Assembly: GCF_003334785.1 (NCBI RefSeq)
Contig: NZ_QOWV01000020.1
Reading direction: 5' to 3' (one strand)
Length of the DNA stretch: 61,363 nt
DNA from: Escherichia coli
Lineage (GTDB): Bacteria; Pseudomonadota; Gammaproteobacteria; Enterobacterales; Enterobacteriaceae
Made by a program: the position numbers and the translations under genes. The notes beneath the pieces are model-generated. The model saw only the letters and a list, made by a program, of their open reading frames with translations, was not told the DNA's origin and did no database searches. Numbering within the stretch: the stretch's first letter is position 1; each line of letters starts with the position of its first letter. Below are positions 31,801-41,400 of the stretch, one piece after another.

Positions 31801-34800
31801 TGTGGTACGGCTCCAGCGCTCAAGGGTAGCGGCAAACAGCGTGAGCAGCGCGGCAGACGGTGTGACGCCTTGCTGCTGCCAGCGCTGTTTCACGGCCTGC
31901 CATTCTGTCTTGCCGATCGTCGATTTGAAGGTGGTGAAGTGTGGCGTTTCCGGGGGCGTCTCAACCACCGGCAGCTCTGGCGCTAAGGGCAGTTGCGGCA
32001 GTTTTTCCTGCCAGTAATCCCAGGCATCGTGCCATGCCGATGTCTGTCGGCGCGCCTGTTCAGCCATCACATAATCACGGAAGGTAATAGCGAGCGGCGC
32101 CAGCGTTTCACCGCGCCAGACCTGCGCCAGGTCGTCCATCATGACTTTAAAACTCTGCACATCAAACTGCAAAAGGTCGAGGTTCATATGCAGACGGTAA
32201 TGGCAATCGTCGATTTCGCTGACCACCAGCTCAAAAAGAGGCCACTGGTCGGCAGGCAAAACGCGATAGCTCAGTTCATGCCGCCGTTTTTCCAGCGCGA
32301 TGCGCTGTTCTTCCGGGGAAAGCGCGCGCAGATCGTCACGCGGGATGTGATACTCCGGCGTTGTCGCCAGGATTCGCTGCTGCCCGTCGGCATCAACCAC
32401 CATACGCAACATATCGTGGCGTGCGATGAGCTGGTTCCATGCTTTCTCCAGTATGGCGAGATCGAACTCATCGTGGCGTTTATCCCACTCAAACAGGACG
32501 TGACAGGCGACGCCGCCATAGCCAATGAGGTGGGTTCGCCCCAGCCAGTAGGCGTGCTGAATGGGCGTCAAAGGGAAGGGCGCATAACGCTCGTCGGCGT
32601 CGTGCCGCAACACTTCCGGCTGCGAAGCGGCAGGCGTCGCCTCTGGCTTAGAACAGATAAGCTGCGTGAGTCCATGAGGAGACAGATCCTGCCACGCCCG
32701 TTCCGCATTGATGCGTACGCCCAGGTAGTGCTGAATATCGCTACTGAGTTCAAGGAAGAGCAGCGAGTCCATGCCGAGTTGCAACAGATCCTGGTTTGGA
32801 TGCAGTGACGCCGGATCGCTCAGCCTTAGCTGAACCGCAATCCGCTTTTTCAGCCATGCCATCACCGCTGTTTCATCGCTCAGGCTGCCGTTAAAGGCGT
32901 TGTCATCAGCAGGAGGAATGACCGGCGTTGCGGCTTTTTCTGTGGCGCTGATGTTAAACAGAGCCTGTTGTAACGGGGGCATTTTGTCGGTAAAAACGCG
33001 CATCGCCAGTCGCCACGGGGCGCCGCGCATCACCGCCTGTTCCAGGTGCCAGCAGCCTTCGGCATCGCTTAACGCGCCCATACCTCGGCTGGCGAGCGTC
33101 GCCAGCATTTCCGGCGTGGCCGCCCGACCGCTTTCTCCCCATGCGCCCCAGGCGACAGAGAGCGTTTTCGGCGCATCAAGGGTGGAAAACTGCTGGGCCA
33201 GCCCGTCCAGGTAGCCGCAGGCCAGCGCATGGGCGCTCTGACCCGGCGCGCCGAGGGTGGCGGCAGCGGAAGAGTAGAGAATAAGATAGCGTCCGTCGTG
33301 GTTGCGCAGGGTTTGCAACAGCTGGCTTGCCGCCTGCGCTTTTACCGCGAAAACGGCAGCCAGCTGGTGGTCATCAAGCTCCTGCAAGGGCGCGTCAGCC
33401 AATACGCCAGCGGCATGAATCGCTCCGGCAATGCCGCCGTTGGCCGCCAGATCGTCAAGAACCGTGGCCAGTTGCCCGGCATCGCCCACATCACAACGGC
33501 AGACGCGCGTCTGCCCGCCCTCCACGTCGCGTAGCCATGACTCATCCACGCGCGGCGCCAGCAGGGCGATGCGTCGCGCCCCTTTTTCTCTGAGCCAGTT
33601 CACGGCAAGGCGGCCTAATCCGCCAAACGCTCCGGTCACCAGATGCCAGCGGCTATCGCCGGTAAACACGTTTGCCGGTAATTCAGCGGCGCATCCCGTA
33701 TTGGGCGACAGTGAAGGGAGCCAAAGGGTGTCACCCCGTGCGGCGAGCCAGCGCTGTGATAGTGAGACTGCGCTCAACCCTTGATGCAGCGTTTCCCACG
33801 GGGTGTTTTCGGCGAGATCGATGGCGGCAAGCAACCGTTCCGGCTGTTCGTTGGCCGCGACGCGAAGCAAGGCCCATAGCGCGTGATGGGATGCAGAGAG
33901 TGCTTCATTTTCCTCGACTCGCCACGCGCGGTGAGTAACCACAATCAATCCGGCTGCGCTGGCGGTGAGCGCTGCTATCACTTTCTCCGCTAAGGCCAGC
34001 GTATCCTCGCTCTCCTCAACAATCATCAGTCGTGAAGAGGCGTGCGGATCGTGAATGATGCCGTATTGCGCCAGCTCGTCGCTGCGCGCAAGCGTACCGG
34101 CGCTGAAGCTAAAGGTAAGCGGATGGTCAATGCTGGCGACGTTGAGGGGCGTCCAGCGCCATTGATAATGCGTTTGCGGCGCAGGAAGAGGCGCGGCGGG
34201 CGATAGCGGCAGCCACTCGCCAGCAGGATGACGGGCTTCAACGCGCATCTGACCGCGGGAAAAGGCTTTGTTTTGCCAGCTTAAGCGAACCTTCCCCAGC
34301 CACTCCGGGGCGGCGACGGGGGGCGGTTCCACAGGCAGAGCGTCGCCATGACGCTGTGAAAGCAGACGCCAGGCCTCCTGCCAGCGGGCGTTAAACTGTT
34401 CGGGCTGACCTGCGCAATCAGACCAGTCGGCGAGATAATCACCGTTATCCGTCAGCGCCTGCCCCAACACGGGTTCTGATGGCGCGGTGAATGTTACGGC
34501 GCTAACCGCCTGACCGGGCAGCGTGGCGAGAATGATATGTTCGCTCATCCCGGCGGTCGGGCTGCCATCCTGCGGTAGCCACGCCACTTTGCTGAATCCG
34601 GCGTGGCGGCACTGTTGTTGCCACTGAGCGGTGGTGAGGAATAACTCACCTTCGCGGGCGTCGAGATCCTGTAGCGGAAGAACCAGCGGGCCGAAAACGA
34701 AGTCAAACAGACGCATTGGCTGGGTGATTTCGCGCATCAGCAGGCGCCCGCCCGGCTTGAGCAGGGGGCGCAGATTATCGAGCGTGCGGCCAATATGGCG

Positions 34801-37800
34801 GGTGGCGTGAATCACGTTCGCTGCCACGATAAGATCGTAAGACTGTGCCTGGAAACCCTGAGACTGCGCCTCTTTTTCGAGATCCAGCTCGCTATACTTC
34901 ACAAAATCATAGTCGGCGAATTTCTGCTGGGCGCGACGGGTGAACAGCGCCGAGATATCGGTGAAATGGTACTCCAGTGCCGGAACGCCGTTGAGTTCCG
35001 GCAGCAGCCACGCGGTGGTGCCGCCGGTTCCGCCGCCAACTTCAAGAATACGCAACGGCTGGCGGGGCTGACGCGTCTGGACAATGCCGCGTAATACCCC
35101 GGCGGCGATTTGGTTGAAATAGCGGCCAAAGCTGAATTCCTGATACAGCACTTCCACGCCGTCGGAGGCGCTTTGCGGGAAGATAATCGCCACCGGTTCT
35201 TCCGCGCCGCTCATCATTTCATATAACCGATCGCCGGCACGGGCGATGGTGTCGGGAATAGCCTGAAAACCTTCACAATAACCGGCAAGTTCCGTCAGCA
35301 GTGATTCCCGCTGTTGATGTTCAATGGGGCGGGCGCGGACGTATCGCCCGTCGGTGCAGCGGTAATCGCCGTCGACCACGCAGTTATTCAGCAGGCGCTG
35401 GAGTAGCTGCTGGTAGCGGGGCAGCAGACGTCCACGGCGCATGATGGTCATGGCGTCCACGCCGTTCTCTATGGCATCGCCGGTACAGCGTTGTACCAGT
35501 TGATCGACGTAGATGGCGTGCAGTCGCGTGGCGCACTGTTTAAGCGCTTCCAGGCGAGGGAGATCGAGCGCTGTCGCGGCGCGACTCGCCACCTCCAGCC
35601 CGGCAGACAGCGCTGCGTCGGCAGGCTCGCAGGCCGGGGAGACGCGCTCTTTCCAGTAACGTTCAGTATCAAACGGATAACATGGCGCAGCGATACGTTG
35701 TCCATCGCCCGCCAGCAGGTCGGCCCACGGTAGGGCGACGCCGGCAGCGTAAAGCTGGAGCAGGGCCTGATTGAGGACATCGCTCGCCTCTTTGTTACGC
35801 CGGGCGCTGGCTATCCAGTATGCGTTATCGCGGTATTCGCGCTGCCCGCAAGCAACCAACTGGGCATCGGGCCCCATCTCCAGAAAAACGCGGGTGCCGA
35901 GCTGATGCGCCACCTGAATACTCTGGATAAAACGCACCGGCTGGCGCATGTGTCGGCGCCAGTAATCCGCCTGGTTGAGCGTTGACTCATCAATGACGTC
36001 GGCGGTGAGCGTGGAAATAATCGGTATTTGCCCCGGCTCCGCGTGCAGTCCCGCGCAGGCGTCCTGGAACCGATCGAGTATCGGCTCCAGTAAAGCGGAG
36101 TGCGCCGCACCGGTTACGCTCAGGCGACGATAGTTAATGTCATGCTGCGAGAGCGTGGCGCAAAATACCGCGAGACGGGCTTCCGGCCCGGAAAATACCG
36201 TATGTTGCGTACCGTTGTTGGCGGCGAGATCCAGCTCAAACTGGCGAGCCAGCGGCATCAGCGTGTCTTCGTCTGCAAATACCGCCACCATCGCGCCGCT
36301 TGCGCACTGCTGCATTAGCGCGCCGCGCCGAAAAACCAGTGGCATGACCTGTTCAATCGTATAGTGTCCGCAGACAACGGCAGCGGCAAATTCACCGACG
36401 GAATGCCCAATGGCGAAGTCTGGCTTCAGTCCTTCAGCACGCCAGTGCGCCGCCATCGCGATTTCAAACGCGACAATCGCCGGCTGCGCCCAGGCCATAT
36501 TGTCCAGCTGCGCCGAATCGGGGTTAAACATCGCTTCGCGCAGTGACGGCGTGAGCATTTCGCTACAGGCGGAAAAACAGCGATCCAGCGTGTCGGCAAA
36601 CGCCGTTGAGTGCTGGTACATCGTTTGACCCATAGTGCGCCAGTGCGAGCCCTGGCCGGTAAACAGCCACACCTGCTTGCCGCTGGCGCCGTGGCCGCTG
36701 TAAACCAGCGCCCCCGATTTCTCACTAGCCCAGGCGCTGAGCGCCTCGGCGGTTTCACGGTTTAATGGCGCCGCCAGGCGGAAGGGGAGATCGAGACGGC
36801 GCGCGTGCAGGGCTGTGAAGGCCAGAGAGCTGGCATCCGCATTCTCTCTCAGCGCCCCGGCATAATCCGTCGCCAGCCGCCGCAACGCGCTGTCGCTGGC
36901 GGCGCTGAGCAGCAGCGCGGTACTTTTTCTGCCGCTATCCGTATTGGGGAGGCGCGCGTTGAGCGCGTCGGGCAGCGAGGCGACGATCATATGGCAGTTG
37001 GTGCCGCCAATACCAAAGGAGGAGACGCCCGCATAGCGCATTTCGTCCTGCCATGCCTGTGCCGACACCGGTATGGTAAAGGGGCTCTCTTCAAGTTTCA
37101 GCGCCGGGTTGGGGGTGTGAAAATTCAGTAAGGGAGGAATTTGCCCGCGACTGACTGCCAGAACGGTTTTCAGCAGTCCGGCAATGCCCGCCGCGGTATC
37201 CAGATGGCCCATGTTACTTTTCACGGAACCGAGCGCACAGCGCTGATCCTGCGGGCGAGGCGCATAGACGTTGCGTAACGCTTCAATTTCAATCGCGTCG
37301 CCCAGCGGTGTGCCGGTGCCGTGGGTTTCAATGTAACCTACCTGCCTGTCGTCGATGGCCGCCAGCATTAACGCCTCTTCGATGACTGCCTGTTGCCCTG
37401 CGACGGAAGGGGCGGTATAGCCGACCTTTCTGTTGCCGTCGTTGTTGACCGCGCTGGAGAGGATCACCGAGATAATCGGATCGCCTGACAGCAGCGCGTC
37501 TCTCAGGCGACGCAGCACCACGCAGCCGAGACCGTTACCGGCCCAGGTGCCCTCAGCCGAGGCGTCAAAGGGACGACAGTGACCATCAGGAGAGAAAATC
37601 ATTCCGGGCTGGTAGCGGTAGCCTGCCTGCTGGGGGAAAGAGAGCGCCACGCCGCCGGCAACCGCCATATCGGATTCGCCAGCGCGCAGGCTTTCACAGG
37701 CCAGATGCACGGCAACCAGCGAGCTGGAGCAGGCGGTCTGTACCGATAACGCCGGGCCGTGCAGGTTGAGTTTGTACGCGGCGCGGGTGGCAATATAGTC

Positions 37801-38322
37801 TTTATCATTGCCCATCAGAGATTGCAGACCTTTTACCTGCGCGACTTCTGTCACGTTCAATGCTTCGCGACCGGGGTAGGTACTCATCCGGGAAGAGGCG
37901 AAAACGCCGGTCTTATGGGGGACGGCGCCGGGGGCATAACCGGCATGTTCCAGCGCATGCCAGACCGCCTGCAAAAACAGGCGCTGCTGCGGGTCCATCG
38001 ACTCCGCTTCCTGTCGCGAATAGCCAAACAGGGTGGCGTCGAAGCAGTCGGCGTTGTCTAACACCGTACCGATATTGACATAATGAGGATCGTCAATGAT
38101 GGCGGCATCCAGACCGACGGCCAGAAGCTCTTCGCGCGTAAAGCGTCGGCTGCATTCACGACCTTCCAGCAGATTTTGCCAGAACGTTTCGCCATCCGGC
38201 GATTCAGGAAAATGGCAGGCGTAGCCGATAACCGCGACAGGTTCGCAGTCCGGGTAGTGTTGAGCGATCGATGCATCAATGGAATCTGCTGTCGGCGCAG
38301 AAGAGAAGCGCAAGTTATCCAT
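28831..38322 (-). CDS. irp1: HMWP1, hybrid PKS/NRPS yersiniabactin synthetase
   Basis: Uninterrupted 3163-aa ORF. KS active site QTACSSSLVA (Cys near aa 198), AT GHSVGE, two SAM-methyltransferase motifs (LEVGGGTGGTT, LEVGAGTAATT), carrier-protein serines (LGMDSLL, GGDSLMATRM), C-terminal thioesterase GWSYGA. Confidence 0.95.
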   Translation of the reverse strand: MDNLRFSSAPTADSIDASIAQHYPDCEPVAVIGYACHFPESPDGETFWQNLLEGRECSRRFTREELLAVGLDAAIIDDPHYVNIGTVLDNADCFDATLFGYSRQEAESMDPQQRLFLQAVWHALEHAGYAPGAVPHKTGVFASSRMSTYPGREALNVTEVAQVKGLQSLMGNDKDYIATRAAYKLNLHGPALSVQTACSSSLVAVHLACESLRAGESDMAVAGGVALSFPQQAGYRYQPGMIFSPDGHCRPFDASAEGTWAGNGLGCVVLRRLRDALLSGDPIISVILSSAVNNDGNRKVGYTAPSVAGQQAVIEEALMLAAIDDRQVGYIETHGTGTPLGDAIEIEALRNVYAPRPQDQRCALGSVKSNMGHLDTAAGIAGLLKTVLAVSRGQIPPLLNFHTPNPALKLEESPFTIPVSAQAWQDEMRYAGVSSFGIGGTNCHMIVASLPDALNARLPNTDSGRKSTALLLSAASDSALRRLATDYAGALRENADASSLAFTALHARRLDLPFRLAAPLNRETAEALSAWASEKSGALVYSGHGASGKQVWLFTGQGSHWRTMGQTMYQHSTAFADTLDRCFSACSEMLTPSLREAMFNPDSAQLDNMAWAQPAIVAFEIAMAAHWRAEGLKPDFAIGHSVGEFAAAVVCGHYTIEQVMPLVFRRGALMQQCASGAMVAVFADEDTLMPLARQFELDLAANNGTQHTVFSGPEARLAVFCATLSQHDINYRRLSVTGAAHSALLEPILDRFQDACAGLHAEPGQIPIISTLTADVIDESTLNQADYWRRHMRQPVRFIQSIQVAHQLGTRVFLEMGPDAQLVACGQREYRDNAYWIASARRNKEASDVLNQALLQLYAAGVALPWADLLAGDGQRIAAPCYPFDTERYWKERVSPACEPADAALSAGLEVASRAATALDLPRLEALKQCATRLHAIYVDQLVQRCTGDAIENGVDAMTIMRRGRLLPRYQQLLQRLLNNCVVDGDYRCTDGRYVRARPIEHQQRESLLTELAGYCEGFQAIPDTIARAGDRLYEMMSGAEEPVAIIFPQSASDGVEVLYQEFSFGRYFNQIAAGVLRGIVQTRQPRQPLRILEVGGGTGGTTAWLLPELNGVPALEYHFTDISALFTRRAQQKFADYDFVKYSELDLEKEAQSQGFQAQSYDLIVAANVIHATRHIGRTLDNLRPLLKPGGRLLMREITQPMRLFDFVFGPLVLPLQDLDAREGELFLTTAQWQQQCRHAGFSKVAWLPQDGSPTAGMSEHIILATLPGQAVSAVTFTAPSEPVLGQALTDNGDYLADWSDCAGQPEQFNARWQEAWRLLSQRHGDALPVEPPPVAAPEWLGKVRLSWQNKAFSRGQMRVEARHPAGEWLPLSPAAPLPAPQTHYQWRWTPLNVASIDHPLTFSFSAGTLARSDELAQYGIIHDPHASSRLMIVEESEDTLALAEKVIAALTASAAGLIVVTHRAWRVEENEALSASHHALWALLRVAANEQPERLLAAIDLAENTPWETLHQGLSAVSLSQRWLAARGDTLWLPSLSPNTGCAAELPANVFTGDSRWHLVTGAFGGLGRLAVNWLREKGARRIALLAPRVDESWLRDVEGGQTRVCRCDVGDAGQLATVLDDLAANGGIAGAIHAAGVLADAPLQELDDHQLAAVFAVKAQAASQLLQTLRNHDGRYLILYSSAAATLGAPGQSAHALACGYLDGLAQQFSTLDAPKTLSVAWGAWGESGRAATPEMLATLASRGMGALSDAEGCWHLEQAVMRGAPWRLAMRVFTDKMPPLQQALFNISATEKAATPVIPPADDNAFNGSLSDETAVMAWLKKRIAVQLRLSDPASLHPNQDLLQLGMDSLLFLELSSDIQHYLGVRINAERAWQDLSPHGLTQLICSKPEATPAASQPEVLRHDADERYAPFPLTPIQHAYWLGRTHLIGYGGVACHVLFEWDKRHDEFDLAILEKAWNQLIARHDMLRMVVDADGQQRILATTPEYHIPRDDLRALSPEEQRIALEKRRHELSYRVLPADQWPLFELVVSEIDDCHYRLHMNLDLLQFDVQSFKVMMDDLAQVWRGETLAPLAITFRDYVMAEQARRQTSAWHDAWDYWQEKLPQLPLAPELPVVETPPETPHFTTFKSTIGKTEWQAVKQRWQQQGVTPSAALLTLFAATLERWSRTTTFTLNLTFFNRQPIHPQINQLIGDFTSVTLVDFNFSAPVTLQEQMQQTQQRLWQNMAHSEMNGVEVIRELGRLRGSQRQPLMPVVFTSMLGMTLEGMTIDQAMSHLFGEPCYVFTQTPQVWLDHQVMESNGELMFSWYCMDNVLEPGAAEAMFNDYCAILQAVIAAPESLKTLASGIARHIPRRRWPLNAQADYDLRDIEQATLEYPGIRQARAEITEQGALTLDIVMADDPSPSAAMPDEHELTQLALPLPEQAQLDELEATWRWLEARALQGIAATLNRHGLFTTPEIAHRFSAIVQALSAQASHQRLLRQWLQCLTEREWLIREGESWRCRIPLSEIPEPQEACPQSQWSQALAQYLETCIARHEALFSGQCSPLELLFNEQHRVTDALYRDNPASACLNRYTAQIAALCSAERILEVGAGTAATTAPVLKATRNTRQSYHFTDVSAQFLNDARARFHDESQVSYALFDINQPLDFTAHPEAGYDLIVAVNVLHDASHVVQTLRRLKLLLKAGGRLLIVEATERNSVFQLASVGFIEGLSGYRDFRRRDEKPMLTRSAWQEVLVQAGFANELAWPAQESSPLRQHLLVARSPGVNRPDKKAVSRYLQQRFGTGLPILQIRQREALFTPLHAPSDAPTEPAKPTPVAGGNPALEKQVAELWQSLLSRPVARHHDFFELGGDSLMATRMVAQLNRRGIARANLQDLFSHSTLSDFCAHLQAATSGEDNPIPLCQGDGEETLFVFHASDGDISAWLPLASALNRRVFGLQAKSPQRFATLDQMIDEYVGCIRRQQPHGPYVLAGWSYGAFLAAGAAQRLYAKGEQVRMVLIDPVCRQDFCCENRAALLRLLAEGQTPLALPEHFDQQTPDSQLADFISLAKTAGMVSQNLTLQAAETWLDNIAHLLRLLTEHTPGESVPVPCLMVYAAGRPSRWTPAETEWQDWINNADDAVIEASHWQIMMEAPHVQACAQHITRWLCATSTQPENTL

Positions 38323-38409
38323 AATCGGTCCCGTTTCCTAAGATTCACAAAGTCAATGGAACGCCATGCGTTCGCGATGGCGTTCCGGGGAAAATCAGTT
38401 TGCTTCGCG

Positions 38410-41400
38410 CTATATCCGCCGCTGACGACGGCGAACAGGGCGAGGTCGTTGTGTTTTCTCCACCGTGGCGACGCCGGCCAGATAATCGGCCAGGGCAGCA
38501 GGAGAAGGGTGGGTGAAGAGGTCAAGCAACGTCAGGGTGGAAAATTCGTGACGTTGTAACAAAACGTGCAGTTGCACCAGATTCAGCGACGTTGCGCCCG
38601 CCTCAAAGAAGTTTTCTGCGGGCGTGACAGACTCGCCAACCACCTCGCGGAAGGCGTCGCAAATCAGGCTGACGGTGCTCTCGTCCGCCGCAATGTGTGG
38701 CTGAGAGTGCTCAGGGCATACGCGCGGTGAGCGCTCTGCGCATTGCCCTGCGTGTTTAACGGGAGGCACCAGCGCGGCGAGCGGCAGTTGCCAGCCGCTT
38801 TCATCCTCGGCCATTCGGTTTAGCAATGCGCAATACTGTTCAAACTGGCGCTCCACCTGCCCGGCAGGAAACAGCGCGGCGACAAAATCCCAGTTAAAGC
38901 GCAGTTCGCCTTCGGATTCATAAATCTGGTGATCGAGCCAGACCTGCGGCGTCTGGGAGATGCCCCAGACCGGTTTGAGCAGATTACGCCGGGCGAGGAA
39001 GTTATCCTGCTCAAAGCCCAGCGCGCTGGTAAAGACGACGGGCATCGGAACGGCTGGCACGTTTTGCCGTTGCGCCAGTTGACGCATCACGCGGATGGCT
39101 GACACATCGCGGTGGTTGAGGTTCTGGCTCAGCCGCTGCTGTAGTGACTGCGCGCTGTGCAGCCAGCTTTCGCCGGGATGCCAGCTCAGCAGCATCAGCG
39201 AGGTGAAATCGCCCAGAATCTGGTTGATTTGCGGGTGCAGCGGTCGCCTGTCGAAAAGCGTAAGGTTAAGCGTGAAGTCAGGCTGTGCACTCCATGCAGA
39301 GAGAACCGTTGACCACACCGACAACAGTACGGCCGACGGGGTGAGATGGGCGTCAGCCGCCCGTTTTTTCAGCCGATGCCAGCGCGTGCTGTCCAGTGCG
39401 CCGTTCAGGCGGGCGAAGCGCGGTGTTTCAACCTCCTGAGGCAAGCAGCGCAGCGGCAACGCAGGCGCCGGAGGAATATCATCAAGCTGCGCCTGCCACC
39501 ATGCCAGAGAATCTGGATTGGGCGACTGTAGCGAGGGTTGTTGCAGATAATCCCTGAAGGTGACGGGCAGCGGCGGAAGCAGCTGTTGCGGGTAGCGGTA
39601 GCCGTGCTCCAGCTCCGCCAGCAGGATCTGCATGCTCAGACCGTCAAGCAACAGGTTATCCAGACACAGCCACAGGCGGGCAGGCATCCCGTCCACGTAT
39701 CCGACCTGGAGATCGAATACCGGCCACACTTCGGGGTTGAGTACCTGATGCGCCAGTTTTTCGCGCACCCGCAACGCCTCTTCAGGCGTATGGAGGGTGT
39801 GTGCGGGTATCACCCAGGGGGGCGTCTGTTCGAGCACCTGTTGCTGTCCATCACGCACGATGGCGCGCAGCATATCGTGGCGGGCGATTAATCGGTTCCA
39901 GACCGTCTCCAGCCGGGTGAGGTCCAGATCGGCAATTTCAAATTCAACAAATAAATGTGAGCCGACGCCGCCCAGGGCAAAGCCCGGCTGACGCCCTACC
40001 AGGTAAGCCTGCTGCACGTCGGTAAGCGCAAAGGGCTGGTAGCGATCTTCAAGGGAGTGGACGAATGGTTGTTCGACCGGGACGTCGGTTTTCCGCAGCG
40101 TGGCGGCAAAATCCGCCAGCCGGGGATGATTAAACAGGTCGCTTAATTGCGCTTCATAACCTGCCTGATGAAGTTGCCCGGTCAGACGGGTCGCCAGCAG
40201 GCTATCGCCGCCTTGCTGGAAGAAGTCGGTTTCTCTGGTGACATTGTCAGTTGATAAGAGTTGCTGCCAGAGGGCGGCAACCTGTTTTTCAATGTCGCCC
40301 TGGGGTAAATCTGCTTCGGCCGGGTTTTCCGCTTCAGGGGTATGACGACGCTTCAGCGCCTGGTAGTCAATTTTCCCGTTAGCTGTCAGCGGTAAGGCGT
40401 CGAGGAAGACGATCCGTTGCGGCACCATCCACCCCGGCAGACGCCCGGCGAGGGCGGCCTGAAGTTGACGGGGATCGCGGCGCACCTGCCTGTCAGGACA
40501 TTGTACGAGGAAGCGTTGTAACCCCGCGACCTCATCGCCATGCTGACAGTTGAAGCCGGCCGCGCTAAATAATGCCGCCCAGTCGGCGCTGTTATGCAGC
40601 AAGGCCTCCGGCTGCCCATTGGTTAACAGGAGCGTGCTGAGTAGGGCGGACGGCGTTAACTGGCGAAACTCCATCACGTAGAGCAGCGCGCCGGGAACGG
40701 CAAGCTGTTGTAATGTCGCAAGGAGCCCGGGATCTTCCGGCAGCAGACGATGCAGGGCGTTATTAAGCCAGATAATGTCCGCCGAGTGAGCGTGCGCCGC
40801 CAGCGTGTCTGCATTCCAGAGGGACAGACGGGCGCCAGGCCAGGGGGCGAGCCTCTGCCGGGCGCTCAGCAGCATCTCCTGGCTCTGCTCAAGCCCGACA
40901 TACTCAATCTGTCCGGCGTTGAGCTGTGCTAACAGCGATTCTGCGGCGCGGCCAGTGCGGGTTCCCACCTCAAGCAGGCGTACCGGGCGCTGTAAGCGCT
41001 GTGCAAGCTGTTGGCAAATTGTCGCCAGTTCCTGAATATACGGGGCGCTGGCCGGATGGTTAAAGGCCAGGCTTTCCGGCGACCACTGCGCGTCGTTCAG
41101 TAACGACAGTTCGTTACGGGCACCGCGAAGAATTTGCGATAACGTTAAATCATGTCCGCTGAAGTGCGGGTGCTCATCCTCGCGTTCTTCACCAGCGCAG
41201 ACCTGATAACCTTCAGCAGCGGGCTTCAGTCGCCGTTGTGTCACCAGAAATGCTAACCAGCGTTCCACCACGGCCTGCCAGCGCGGCTGGATAGCGAGTG
41301 AGTTCATCAGGGGGAGAGGATCGGCGCCAGCGGTGTGACCCGGCTTCAGTTTTAGCAGGCGATGCTGAAGGAAATCGGCTACCTGTTCTGCGGAGATCTC